From assembly GCF_964204645.1 (NCBI RefSeq), contig NC_134029.1, positions 6,324,001 to 6,388,000 on the forward strand: a stretch of DNA of 64,000 bases, written 5' to 3'. Each line of letters begins with the position of its first letter. The stretch's first letter is position 1. The position numbers and the translations under genes were made by a program. Below the pieces are notes generated by a model. The model did no database searches, had not been told where the DNA came from, and saw only the letters and a program-made list of their open reading frames with translations. Shown here one piece after another: positions 1 through 11,561 of this stretch. Origin of the DNA: Tubulanus polymorphus (taxonomy: Eukaryota; Animalia; Nemertea).

Positions 1-519
1 CTAATGTTTTTATTCTTCGATTTCAATAAATTATTCTAAAATTTAATTAAAAAAACAGGCAGCGGCTAAATTAGGAGGGGAGTTCCACGATATTGTTCAG
101 CTGGCTACTGGCGTGTATTCAACCTGGCAGTAGAACCTTTTCATTCAACTTCTATAAGCTCTCAATGTAAATCCATTCAACTATAGAGACACAATTGCGG
201 CTTTTCAGAGTTGTTGATATCATTCATAGGCGCTATTGAATACGTCACCGGGTGACCACGGTGTACACAAGCATAGGCCATTCACCTCTGCACACTCACA
301 CTGTGAACATGCTACCGTGTATTCTCCTCCTGGCGATTTTCGCTGCGCTCCCGCTCCTGCTTCTGTTCCTGCTTCCTGAGGAACGACGTCTTTATGTTTT
401 ATGTGTTACTGTTTGTCTCCGTGCTGTCCTGTACTGTTCCGTGTTTATTAATCCATTCTATTTTTCAGCATTTAACCCGTTTTATTTTTCAGGGCCGATT
501 TCTCTGTCGAATTTCAACG

Positions 520-760
520 TTTGCTGGAACAAAACTAATGTCCGAAAGCATCAGCTCTCCTTCGCTGGTCATGTGTCGAGGATGTCAGACAAAGAGTCGG
601 TCAGGAAATTCTGCCCTCTACACGCCCTCATACGGAACACGAAAACCAGGATGACGAGGCCTCACTGCCCCCACCTATCTACAAAGTGTGCTGAGTGATG
701 TCAATGACGGGCATATCTGTGGGATTGCAGACTGGTTGGAAGATTAATTGAATGAACCGA
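520..760 (+). mobile_element. Degenerate 3' fragment of a non-LTR retrotransposon ORF2 (RTE-like)
   Basis: Translation VRKHQLSFAGHVSRMSDKESVRKF resembles the R-L-x-(W/F)-AGH-x-x-RM motif at the C-terminus of RTE-type LINE ORF2. The frame decays afterwards and the boundaries are approximate. Confidence 0.4.
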
Positions 761-1287
761 AACCGAAATTCCCAATTATGTGCTTGGATTTAAAGAAAAA
801 AACATTTATGTAAAATCGACCGCCGATCACACAACTATAGCTGTACTTCGATTTCCGATTTCGAAGTCAAACCCTGTTTCACTCTCAGTTGGTGTGGTGG
901 GTTTGTAGTAACTGTCTACACCAAACACTGGAGTCTAAAAGATCTCCTAACGCCCCCTCCCGAGTTCTCTCTCCTTTATTATCAGAATCTACGTATCGGT
1001 CTACATTGCTGATCTTTTATATGTTAATTATGATCCGTGATATTAGAAAGGATTTTCTTTTTTTCAGCTAAACTACTTATAATACGTTATAATATAGATA
1101 TCCAAGATCTTGATGTACCGGCATTAAAATAGGCAGAAAAAAAGTTAATCTTGTAATATAGATATCCAAAATCTCGATGTAATAAATAAGGCAGAAAAAA
1201 GTTAACCTTATAATATAGATACGGTATATCCACATGCATAAACAACTAATCAGCAGCAACTGAGACAAAAGTGTATATTATGTACAG

Positions 1288-1433
1288 TTATTCTGGAGCA
1301 GCAGAGACAATCGTATCTTATAAACAGTTATTCAGGAGCAGCAGAGACAGTGCGTATCTTATAAACACTTATTCAGGAGCAGCAGAGACAATGCGTATCT
1401 TATAAACACTTATTCAGGAGCAGCAGAGACAAT
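1288..1433. repeat. ~41-bp minisatellite (about 3.5 copies)
   Basis: Unit ttattcaggagcagcagagacaatgcgtatcttataaacac repeated head-to-tail. Degenerate copies recur at ~3530-3725. Confidence 0.9.
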
Positions 1434-1499
1434 AGAATATGTAAAGTATTGACTTATTTTGCTTATTACCTTTTTACAAACCAGCCTGATAGGTAACAT

Positions 1500-1701
1500 G
1501 TAATATAGATATCCAAAATCTTAATATATTAAAGTTAATCTTGTAATATAGATATCCAAAATCTTAATGTATTAAATTAGGCATAAAAAAAAGTTAATCT
1601 TGTAATATAGATATCCAAAATCTTAATGTATTAAATGAGGCATAAAAAAAGTTAATCTTGTAATATAGATATTCCAAATCTTAATGTATTAAATTAGGCA
1701 G
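1500..1701. repeat. ~59-bp AT-rich minisatellite
   Basis: Unit taatatagatatccaaaatcttaatgtattaaattaggcataaaaaaaagttaatcttg in 3-4 copies. Related copies lie at ~1090-1225. Confidence 0.85.
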
Positions 1702-1888
1702 AATTAGATCACCGATCACACAACTATATCTGTACTTCGATTTCCGATTTTGAAAAAACTTAGACAAAATTACCTACAACCTTGTAAACTTTCGTACTAT
1801 TTACACGAAAAAAACAACAAAAATTATTTTAAATTAGACAACCAACTTAGGAGACCCTCACCGTTAATTAACCCGGCAATCACAAAAG

Positions 1889-3400
1889 GTAACTTAATAT
1901 ATATATAGAATTATTGCAATAAATTCTAACTGAAATATTTTGTCATTACAGGATGTCTTCTTTTAATCATTGCAGCTAAATTTCAACTATAAGAAAAACC
2001 CAGCTTGAGATCAACTACTCGTCAAAAATCTACAAACTGGAACAGCAAACAGGAGGCCAACTAGAATCAAACTTATCCTCACCGATAACGAACCAAGCAA
2101 TCATAGAAGGTAACCTAATATAGATGAAATTATTTCGATTAATTCTAAATGAAATGTTTTGTGATTACATGATATCTTTTTTGATTCATTTTAGCTAAAT
2201 CCTATCTTAATCAAACTGCCGAGCTTGAGATCAACAATTCACCAAAAATCTACCGATTAGAACGGCCCACAGAACAATCGAAGCTTAAATCAAATGCATC
2301 GATCAACTTAGAACATTTTCACTGATACGGAACCCAGCAAACTTGAAATGTAAGTTGATTTTTTATGGAAATAATTACAATGAATTCTAAATGAAATAAT
2401 TTGTCATTACAGGATATCTTCTTTTAAACATTACAGTTAAATTTCAACTACAAGAAAAAACCCAGCTTGAGATCAACTACTCGTCCAAAATCGACCAACT
2501 GGAACAGCAAACAGATGAGGCCAACTAGAATCCAACTTATCAACCAACAAACTTAAGATGATCCAAGCCGATAACGAACCAAGCAATCATTAAAGGTAAC
2601 TTGATATACGTGGAATTATTTCGATAAATTCTAAATGAAATATTTTTTCATTACAGGATATCTTGTTTGTTCATTTCAGCTAAAGCCTATCTATATGAAA
2701 CTGCCCAGCTTTAAATCAACGACTCATCAAATATCTACAGATAAGCTCAGCCCACTAAACAATCCAAGCTTGAATCAAATGCATCAACCAATTGCATCAA
2801 CCAATTGTTTTAACCGATACCGAACCCAGCAAACTTGAAATGTAAGTTGATTTTTCATGGAAATTATTATGATAAATTCTAAATGAAATATTTTGTCATT
2901 ACGGGATATCTTCTTTTAATCATTGCAGCTGAATTTCAACTATAAGAAAAAGCCCAGCTTGAGATCAACTACTCGTCCAACATCTAAAAACTGGAACGGG
3001 GCATCGAAAAGGCTAGAACTGAACCCAGCAATCTTTAAAGGTAAGTTGATATACATGAAATTACTTGTATATAGAAATTTCAGGCCTCATATGAATATCA
3101 TTCAATAAGTGGCTATCATCAAAATCTATTTACCGGTCCACATGGCTGAACTTTTATCTTCACTAGTCTTAAGCAGTGATGAACCAGTCCACTACTGCAA
3201 TTAATTATTGGGGTTTAAATCAGCAATTGACGTCAATGAATTTTACTTCGTGAAAAACAGGGTGGCTTGTAATTTGAAATGACACGTAAATTATGATAAA
3301 TCTGTCTTAAATGTTTTGCTTTCTTCACTTTGTTTCAGCCAAACTACATCTCGGAAAAATTGGCGCGAAGAAGACACTCGATCACAAGTAGATGAATACT
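1889..3400 (+). pseudogene. Tandem array of duplicated exon+intron units (decayed modular gene or spliced lncRNA)
   Basis: GT donors at 1889, 2110, 2350, 2596, 2842 and 3041. Matching (Y)AG acceptors end at 1975, 2194, 2436, 2679, 2928 and 3338. Five 84-87 nt homologous introns separate alternating A/B exons that read e.g. QLEINYSSKIYKLEQQ and AKSYLNQTAELEINNSPKIYRLE in phase 1, with stops and frameshifts. Confidence 0.55.
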
Positions 3401-4059
3401 GATTACGACCCATTTGCTGATGAAAACTGCAGAAGCCCAGATGAAAAGTTGAGGAACCAACAACGGATTAATCACTCAATGATGGATTCTTCTACAATTG
3501 GTGGTTGATTTCTATAAAACATTAAATATCAGGAGCAGCAGAGACAATAGTGAATCTTATAAAGATTGATTCAAGCGACAAAGCTAATGGATTATCTCAT
3601 AAACACTGATTCAGGATAAACACTGTTTTAAAAGCAGCAAATCGATAGTGTATCTTATTAGGAGCAGCATAGATAATAGCGCATCTTATAAACACTGAGA
3701 TCCAGGAGCGGCAAAGACAATAGCGGATTTCTGTCGTAAAGTATTGATTTTTTTACTTATCACCCTTTTTCAAACCAGTCTGATATAGTGTTTTAAAGGA
3801 AATTATTTAATAATGTTTAATGCAATGTGAGAGTCTTATAAAAGCTAAGCTCCATTAATTCACGATATTGGTATTCAATCCTTGGTTGATAGAGAAGTCA
3901 AGTTAGGTTAGTCACTAGGGGTAAATGGTCGCGTCGAGCGCCTTGTTTGGGCTCGCAGGTCTGTTGAGTTAACTCCTAAACTGAGATATAGTTTCAACAT
4001 GTTGTGAGTTTAATCTTTAAACCTTACCATTGTTTAAACATAGTCAACTATGACTATTT

Positions 4060-4330
4060 GTCCGTGGAGGTATCATATAGTTAGGAAACATAGAACATAA
4101 CGTTAGGCCAGTGTTGATGTACAAATATTAAGTATTTGCTGAATTGTAGATGTATTAATTTGATGGATATATATTTTCGAAGGCCCATGTAACTGATTTC
4201 ACAATTGAATCGTATATGTCGATTTTCACATCGAGTTTTAACTTTGAGCCTCCATCAATCTGTTTGATGATCATAGCTACGTATTTGAAATCAAAAGCTT
4301 TATTTGAAAGGAGACCATTATTTACATTTG
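4060..4330 (-). mobile_element. Highly degenerate LINE ORF2 fragment (post-RT region)
   Basis: Minus strand reads KIDIYDSIVKSV..WAFE..IKLIHLQFSKYLIFVHQHWPNVMFY across frameshifts. This resembles the LF(D/N)SLVKPILLYG.E.WG...VHL.FCK.ILGV...PN motif of LINE RT C-termini. A further RT-like scrap (NALNNNRK..) lies near 4800-4890. Confidence 0.35.
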
Positions 4331-5234
4331 AGAGGTAAAGCTAGGAATAACAAGGCATAAAGTTATAGCTAGGACTATTTTTGTACGTTTTAACATCGTT
4401 TATATAGCTGTTTGAACTTCTTTTATTGTAATGGGTAAATCCATATCACAAGATTGCTCTCGTGAATAATCACTTAGCTTCAAATTGGGTGTATTATGAT
4501 TATTAAAGAGTGTCGGTGAATCGGTAGTGCTTTTCTAAAATGGGCCCAGAAACTTTACAGTGAAAAAATGCCTGCAGTTGTAAATAGAGAAGTATGAATA
4601 ATACATAATACAAACTACAAGTACATAAATTAATTAAAAAATAAATAAAAAAACCCAATAAATAATAAGTAGTAAATAATACAAAATACAAGTACATACA
4701 TAAATAGATAATATTAAAAAATAGATAAAAATAATAAACAACAATACAAACAAACAACAAATTAATATTCTATTTACATGAAAAGGCATTTTTTCAAATA
4801 TTTATCAACAAGGTTATTCATTTATCGAACAACCTTCCCTAAGTGTAGCGAAAACCCCAGATCTTTTCTGTTGTTATTCAAAGCATTCTATCGGACTGAG
4901 TTATTGTAATGAACAAAACAAATAACCATAAACCTTAACTAAATCGAAAACATTTAAAAAAATAACTGATATGATAGAATGCTTTGAATAACTGTGATGA
5001 AAGAACCCGTCCTTTCAACTAGCTGCGCTCAATCACTGCTGTGGCTGTTTATTGTTATACATGGGTAGACTTACTATCTAAAATCTGGTACATACATTTT
5101 ACTTTTTAGAAAGAATTTAAAACAGCTATAAACTTAAGTTATTGATGTTATTGATTAGTTACCGATTGTATAATTATGTTGAAGCTACCAGGAAAAACGT
5201 CAGAATACTTAGTATGTAATGTCAAGGTGTTTGG

Positions 5235-6840
5235 AAATCTTTAAGACAAGGCAAAAGTGGCAAAATTCAAGTTTTCTAGTGAAAGTAATGATTAATTGAT
5301 ACTAAGAGTTCCAGAGTGAATCTGAGTTTCTCATCTCTAGTTTTAATGCTTTTATGTTGGAGACTGTTATTGTAACACAGTTCGCGTGTTTGTAAATTAG
5401 GAACTTGCATGATGATTAAGATAGGCCTATTATTGTTGCGTGAATAAAACGATGTACATTTTCATCATTTATGTTGAAACTTTTCAGTTGTTAAGTTTTA
5501 TAGTAAAAATTTCACTTAGGTACTTTTCAGTGGTTCATAAAATACTGATCTAATCAAGGCCCTGTCGAAAATAGCAGGAGCATAGAATAATTGTCCTAAA
5601 GCTTTGTTTTGATTATCAGTTTAACCGCGTCTGTGTGGGGCCTGTAATATCTGGACAAGAAGAATTTCTGATCGTTATATAGAGTTGTATCTATATTTAC
5701 TATCAAGTTGAATAATATAATTTAGAAGTTACCGTAGCTTCGTCAGTCAAACCATATTTGTTTGAAGATACTCGATTTATCTTAAATTATCACGAAGAAA
5801 ACCTTTATAATTGTTTGCAGGGTTTGATCTGAGGAATAAATGCCACTTGACCTTGGGGCAAGCCTATATGTTATATCACTTGCCCCCTCAAAAATCAACT
5901 TGTCCTACACGAATAGTCCGATCGTGACATAATAATCCCTTGCATCGAGTGGGATAAAAGCTTTGAGACATAGAATTACACAAGGAAGCCTGGTGGATGA
6001 GTGATTATGATAACCTTCATGCCCTAATGAAAATATACTTGTCCCGCGCAATTGGACTAGCGCTTAGATCAGACCCTGCTTTGTTTCAAATGTAAAATTT
6101 GTGAAAAAAGTAGTTGATAATGTTTGAAGAAATCTCTTAAAGACGAGGAAAATTTGGCAATTTTTTTAAGTTTTCTAGTAAGTAATAATTAAGATTAATT
6201 AGTTAACCTTGCGCTTTCCAGAGTGAGTGAATTTGTAGGTTTGATGTTTTTATTTTGAACTGTTTTAAAATAACTCATTAAGCCACCAGGGTATAATTGT
6301 TGTGCAAGAATAAAACGACAGACATGTTCGTCATTCATGTTAAAACTGTTCAATTGTTTAGTTACGTGTATTGCAACTTTTTTACTGTGGTGCTCATCAA
6401 TGGTTCATAAAGTACTATTTTCATTAAGGCCCTTATGGAAAATAGAGCAGCAAAATAGAGGAGCAGTCTCTTGATAAATGAGGATAAATGAACAGTGTTA
6501 ACAGTGAACAGTAGATTGTGCCAGCAATATATGGACTCTTAAAGACAAGGCAAAGGTGGCAAAACTCTTGTAAAATAATATTTATGAAAATTAAATCAAT
6601 GACTGTTTAGTTATTTATAAGCTTTCCAGATTGAATTTGTGTTTTTATCTCTGGTTTTTATATTTTATGTTGGAGACTTTTTTGAAATACAGGTCATGTT
6701 TTTGTAAATGACTGAGGCACTTCCTCAAGTATGAATACCTGTCATTTAGGTATGATTGTTGTTGTGGGGATAAAATGACTCGTTCATGACAATTGTTCAT
6801 AAAACACTGATTTATTAAGGTCCTATCGAAGAAAGTTGAG
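5235..6840. repeat. Three dispersed degenerate copies of a ~300-350 bp unit
   Basis: Shared landmarks tcttaaagacaaggcaaa(a/g)gtggcaaaa, ttccagagtgaat, taaaacga..catgtt and ttcataaa..actgat..aaggccct recur at ~5235-5590, ~6135-6450 and ~6535-6840. A partial copy lies at ~7280. Confidence 0.6.
5818..6078. mobile_element. MITE with CAGGG termini (hAT-like)
   Basis: TIRs cagggtttgatct and agatcagaccctg (1 mismatch), with internal cttg(t/c)cc repeats. The TSD is degenerate. Confidence 0.55.
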
Positions 6841-7328
6841 CTTTTTCTTGACAACTGAGATGTCCTCAATCTCGATGTCATTTGAAAAGTTGACGATGAT
6901 AGATTCATATTTCATGAAATATAACAAAGTGTCGGTTATATTGACCTCATGAATTGTCAAATTCATAATCTTAAGAGTTTCAGACTAGTCGTTTTTTGGT
7001 GTTTTATGGATCAAAAATTACAATTCGTCATGTACTTTTGTTATTTTCCTATTGATGATAATTTTATAAATCAGCTGTAGTGGAAATGTATCGTAGATAA
7101 AGACTTCTAAATACCCTACATATGTAACTTTTGTGGTTCTTAAGTTAGTACAATTTCATACACAATAAAATAATGAAATTATTATTAAAATTTGAGAAGA
7201 TAAGCTAAAAGTTAATAATTTGACATGTGAAAATAAAATGATGTAAAGAATGTAAATCAGATTTATTACTTAATCCTACGCTTTCCAGAGTATTTGGCCA
7301 GGTTTATCTCTGGTTTTAGTGCGGGGGC

Positions 7329-7432
7329 CATGGACAATTGAGTCCATGGTTGTGCCATAGACTTTTTTGTTTTAGAGTCTATGTTTGGACCAAGGGGCGT
7401 ATAAACACTCATTTATAGTTTATACGCCTTTG
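7329..7432. mobile_element. Cluster of three tiny palindromic CA..TG elements (P-element-like MITE remnants)
   Basis: catggac..gtccatg (7329-7348), catagac..gtctatg (7356-7383) and caaggggcgtataaac..gtttatacgcctttg (7391-7432). Consecutive elements are separated by exactly 7 bp. Confidence 0.5.
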
Positions 7433-8576
7433 GTGGTTGGACTAATTGTTTTTGAAAGTCCACGTGTTTGAGGAGCTTACGTTTTCCACGAGCACAAACC
7501 TGGCATTTTGTATAATTTATGAGAATAAATATGATTTTGAAATTTGTCATTCGTTGAATTAAGCAACAAGTGTTACCGGTACTAAAACAAAGCACTACTA
7601 AATAAAAAGACTATATGCACCAGAGAAAACCGACCAATTTACATTTCAGATGCATTTGTTTATATCTGGTATTGCCTACACTCATTGGCAGAGGTGGTTG
7701 AATACACAGATAGCACCCCTAGTGATGATTTCTAATGAGTGCAATAGCCCATCGGACTTCGTTTTAGTCCTGCATAGTTCTTACACCTCTAAGTGCATAG
7801 GTCTTAGTTTTAGTAGCACTTAGTTTTTAGCAACACCCCCATTTCACTACCCTTCTATTAAATTCACTGCTTTTCACGGCCAGCCCGTGAATCATTTACA
7901 AACCCTGGCAGTTGAATCCGATACAGTTTCCTGGAAAACTGGGCCACCACATGAGAGGCATGCTTTTCATATATACGCACAGATTACATTGCGAGTCTTG
8001 TGGCGCGCATGTGTGTGAAGCACGGCCGAATATACGTGAAGGCGCATATTCTTCCGAACAAAAAGTAGTTCCAACGACAAATAAATAAATAAATTGATTA
8101 ATGAGGCTGTCTGAGTCCTTCTTTGATGGTAAATAATGATATGATATAAATAAGTGATGCATTCTGATGGATTCAATAGGGGAGAGGAGATGGAGAGGGG
8201 AGTCTGTAATTCAACGGGAAAAGTTTCAAAAGTTTGAAGAACACATGAAGATGCCAAAAGCAAGATGAGCTTAGATTATCTCACAGCAAACAAACAATCA
8301 GCATCCAGCTGAACAGTTGTCAGGATTTGATATAATCAATAATGAATGTGACATGTACATGTAATACAGATATATAACAGGCACATGTACCTTTAGTAAA
8401 CCGAGTTCGCACGCCGATAGTAGAAGTCTTGGATTGAATCCTGCCACCCATCCTATTATATACAATGACTAGCATACTCGAATAAATCTGAAAAAAACAA
8501 CATAACATCAACAAATTTTACAAAATCACTGCTGGATTTCATATAGGCCTATATACAGGTCATATATCCATATAGA

Positions 8577-8901
8577 GGCCTGGTTCAAGTTCTAGAGGAC
8601 CTGGTTCAAGTTTTAGAGGATCTGGTTTAAGTTCTAGGACCTGGGGCCAGTTTCACGAAAAAGTTTAACTCAAATTTTTTGATTAATTGCCATTGGTTAC
8701 TTCATGTTTTCAATGAGGACAACAATTCAAACTTAGGGGCCTAACTGTTTTAAGCTTACACTTTTTCGTGAAACTGGGCCCTGGTTCAAGTTCTAGGACC
8801 TAGTTCAAGTTCTAGGACCTGGTTCAAGTTCTAGGACCTGGTTCAAGTTCTAGGACCTGGTTCAAGTTCTAGGACCTGGTTCAAGTTCTAGGACTTGGTT
8901 T
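8577..8901. repeat. 19-bp tandem repeat (ggacctggttcaagttcta)n interrupted by a MITE
   Basis: About 9-10 copies in total. The first copies carry a 2-bp ag insertion. Confidence 0.9.
8644..8780. mobile_element. 137-bp PIF/Harbinger-type MITE
   Basis: TIRs gggccagtttcacgaaaaagt and actttttcgtgaaactgggcc, with an exact 3-bp CTG TSD. The TSD is confirmed by the uninterrupted neighbouring satellite units (ggac-ctg-gttc). Confidence 0.85.
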
Positions 8902-9370
8902 AACACAGTTCTAGGTAACATTAGGATACAGAAACCATACCAAAGTTTTGCTCAAGAGTCAATTAATGAACTGGATGTGGCACTCAGTCTGAAAGTTGAG
9001 ATGTAGAACAGATATATATTTACCGGCATAATCCTGTTTTTGTTCCAATATATTGAAAAGTCCTCGTTCAAATTTTCGATCGATAAAAGCCTGACAAATA
9101 TTGCTACCTTCTTCAGCCAATAGATGAATAGCAACACACGTCTGAAATAAACAATGCTGTCGTCACCAGGGGGCACTGTATATTCAACAATAAGGTCAGG
9201 AGCAGATTTTAAGGATGATTTTGTGAGTTACAGTTGCAGCCCTTTTTACTCTAGTGCCCCAGCAAAAAGAAAGCTAGATTATAAATTTTACAGAAGTTCA
9301 AGAGTAACTGGTAGTGATAGTCATTTTCTATAAAGCTGATGTCACTGCGAAGAATAACATGAATAAGTTG

Positions 9371-9510
9371 TCCCTTCTCTCCCCTCCATCTCCCCAACTT
9401 TTCCTCTCTCTCTCCCCTCTCCTAACATCCTCTCTTCTCTCTCCTCTCCCCTCTCCCTCTCTCTGCCCAACTATCCTTCTCTCTCCTCTCCATCCATCAC
9501 TCTTACCTTT
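9371..9510. repeat. CT-rich low-complexity tract
   Basis: Run of ctctcc/cctct motifs. Confidence 0.8.
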
Positions 9511-10700
9511 TTCAGTAGAAATATATCATCAAAAAATCATCAAGAACGGACTGTAACACAGATGCTAGACTCAGTAATAACTGTTCATCATGAAACTGCC
9601 ATCTTCAGGGAATATTTGTAAAACAACCATAGCACGTTTCTGAATACCTGAAATAACAACATTCATCGTGTTGCTGTGATACATTGAGTCAAATTCAAAA
9701 TTTTTCGAAATCAACTGTTTTTTTTATCTCTATTTAAAGCATAAGTTAAATATAACTGACCTACACTGAATTGATGAATTTCCATAGTTTGTATCACTTG
9801 TTCAATAGCCTCATCGTCAATCATAAGTTTAGTACCGCCCTCTAAACTACAAAATCATAGCTGTCAATCAACAATTTAGTCCCACCCTCTAAAATAAAAA
9901 ATCGTAGGCCTATGGTAGTCTCAAACGCTCGAATGGCTGATATTTTTTAAATGGATCTCACACTAGCCTAGCGGTAGCTTATTTATAAGCAATTCCATAT
10001 ATTTAAACTAGTCCTAATTAGGATTTAAGCTTATTTTCAAGGGGGACCATCAAGGTGGAACCACCTCCAGTTCCACGGTCATTGAGTAAGTTAAGTTTTT
10101 TCAATGAGTTTTGGAACTGGGTCTGGGGTAAGATGTAGATGGCGCCAGTAGTTAAACCCATACCTGCGCGTAATAACAAAACGCGGCCCGGTGCCACGCG
10201 GTTCGGCGCGCAGGTTTGAATCACGGAGAATTACGCTCTCGTGCGCGCAGCAGTCATTTCCAGCCGCAGCACTGAAATACGCTTTTTTAATCAAAAGTAA
10301 TTACCCTAAAAACTGCGATGAGAGTCGCGTTTGAGTCGTAAAATTTCTCGGCCAGCGCGGCGGCGGATCTCGGCACCACGGCGTAGTCTCGCTCTCGAGC
10401 AGCAGCAACATCGTGGTCGGCAAAAACATTAGTCTCCGCCCCTTCTTCACCAAATAGAATTCGGTACTGCTGGCCACGTGCACTGCTTATTTTGAACCGT
10501 ATTCCCAGCGGATTAGAAAGAAATGTATATTTTTCACAAGAGAAATCAATTTTTTCCTGCTAATTCGATTTTTTTCTAGCAGAAAATAATTTTCCGATTT
10601 GTGCGTTTCAACGGGTATTCGATTTTTTTCTCTTTGAAGATAATTCAGAAATGCGTTGTAATCTTCTCGTCTTCCTTTTATTTCCAAATGCTAGGGCTAG

Positions 10701-11166
10701 AAAAAATGACCATATTACTCCTATTTTACGTGATTTGCACTGGCTGCCCATCTTAGATAGAGTAAATTTTAAATTTTAAAATGTTATTAATTGTCTATAA
10801 ATGTCTTCATGGTGCTGCTCCAGTGTACTTGCAGAGTCTTTTAACTAGGTGTTCCAAGTCGACCTCTTACATCTAGCAATGACCCAACAATTTTAGTTAA
10901 ACTTGATAACAGTCGTGTTGCTGGACGTAAAGCTTTTACTTTCATGGCACCAACTTTATGGAATGTCTTACCACAGGAAATTCGTGAAAGTCCAACTGTC
11001 TCATGTTTTAAATCACGTTTAAAAACTTTTTATTTTGGAAACCTGTACAATCAGTGTTTTAATCTGCTTCTGTCTTATATGTTTTAATAATGTGAAGTGC
11101 AATGATCATGTTTTATAGAAATGCGCTTTATAAGTAAATAAATTACTATTATTATTATTATTATTA
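10701..11166 (+). mobile_element. 5'-truncated L2-clade LINE (ORF2 C-terminus and 3' tail)
   Basis: KNDHITPILRDLHWLPILDRVNFK..LIVYKCLHGAAPVYLQSLL and the later APTLWNVLP..IRES motif are typical L2 ORF2 ends. The fragment terminates in aaatgcgctttataa..(TAT)n. Confidence 0.85.
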
Positions 11167-11490
11167 AATGGAGCTAATTTCTAAATTAACTACCAGGTCA
11201 AAATTCTTCAATATTGCAAAAACCCCTCTCAGTTTCCACCATAGAAATGCCCTGGATACATTATGTTTCACAGAGTTTTAAACCATTAAAAAATGACACT
11301 TTATCTAAATCGAAAGAATAATCTTTTTAGCAGACAGTGGTACCGAGACCTAATTTATAAGAAATTATTCAAGTTTTTTTCTCGCAAAAATTAAAAAATT
11401 AAATTTCATTTGATCTTATAATTAGATTAAGATTAGATTAGATTATAATTAGATTAGAAAATTATGAGGTTTGATTCTGTAAGTTTAAAC

Positions 11491-11561
11491 TAAGTTTTGA
11501 TTCATTTCTGAAATTTGGGCTTATATTATAAGCCCAAATTTCAGAAATTAATCAAAACTTA
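11491..11561. repeat. Near-perfect 71-bp palindrome
   Basis: 35-bp arms (taagttttgattcatttctgaaatttgggcttata and its reverse complement, 1 mismatch) around a single T. Confidence 0.9.

Larger units (their letters stand above)
8391..9824 (-). pseudogene. Decayed multi-exon gene with LRRK2/aardvark-type armadillo repeats
   Basis: Exon 9824-9761 plus the exon from 9647 splice in phase to MIDDEAIEQVIQTMEIHQFSV-G-IQKRAMVVLQIF, the ARM pattern 'I..M..H..S..IQ..A..VL'. Exon 9141-9024 reads TCVAIHLLAEEGSNICQAFIDRKFERGLFNILEQ and exon 8487-8391 ends LLSACELGLLK. Stops and frameshifts are present. Confidence 0.45.

Noticed and set aside
252-698. 148-aa ORF with a hydrophobic N-terminus
   Set aside because: It starts at GTG, has low complexity, and its 3' half is better explained as a LINE remnant. 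No splice or domain support.
1288-1433. CRISPR-like appearance of the 41-bp repeats (also 8577-8901 and 7329-7432)
   Set aside because: The units are head-to-tail without unique spacers, or the 'repeats' differ from each other. No cas genes, and the context is eukaryotic.
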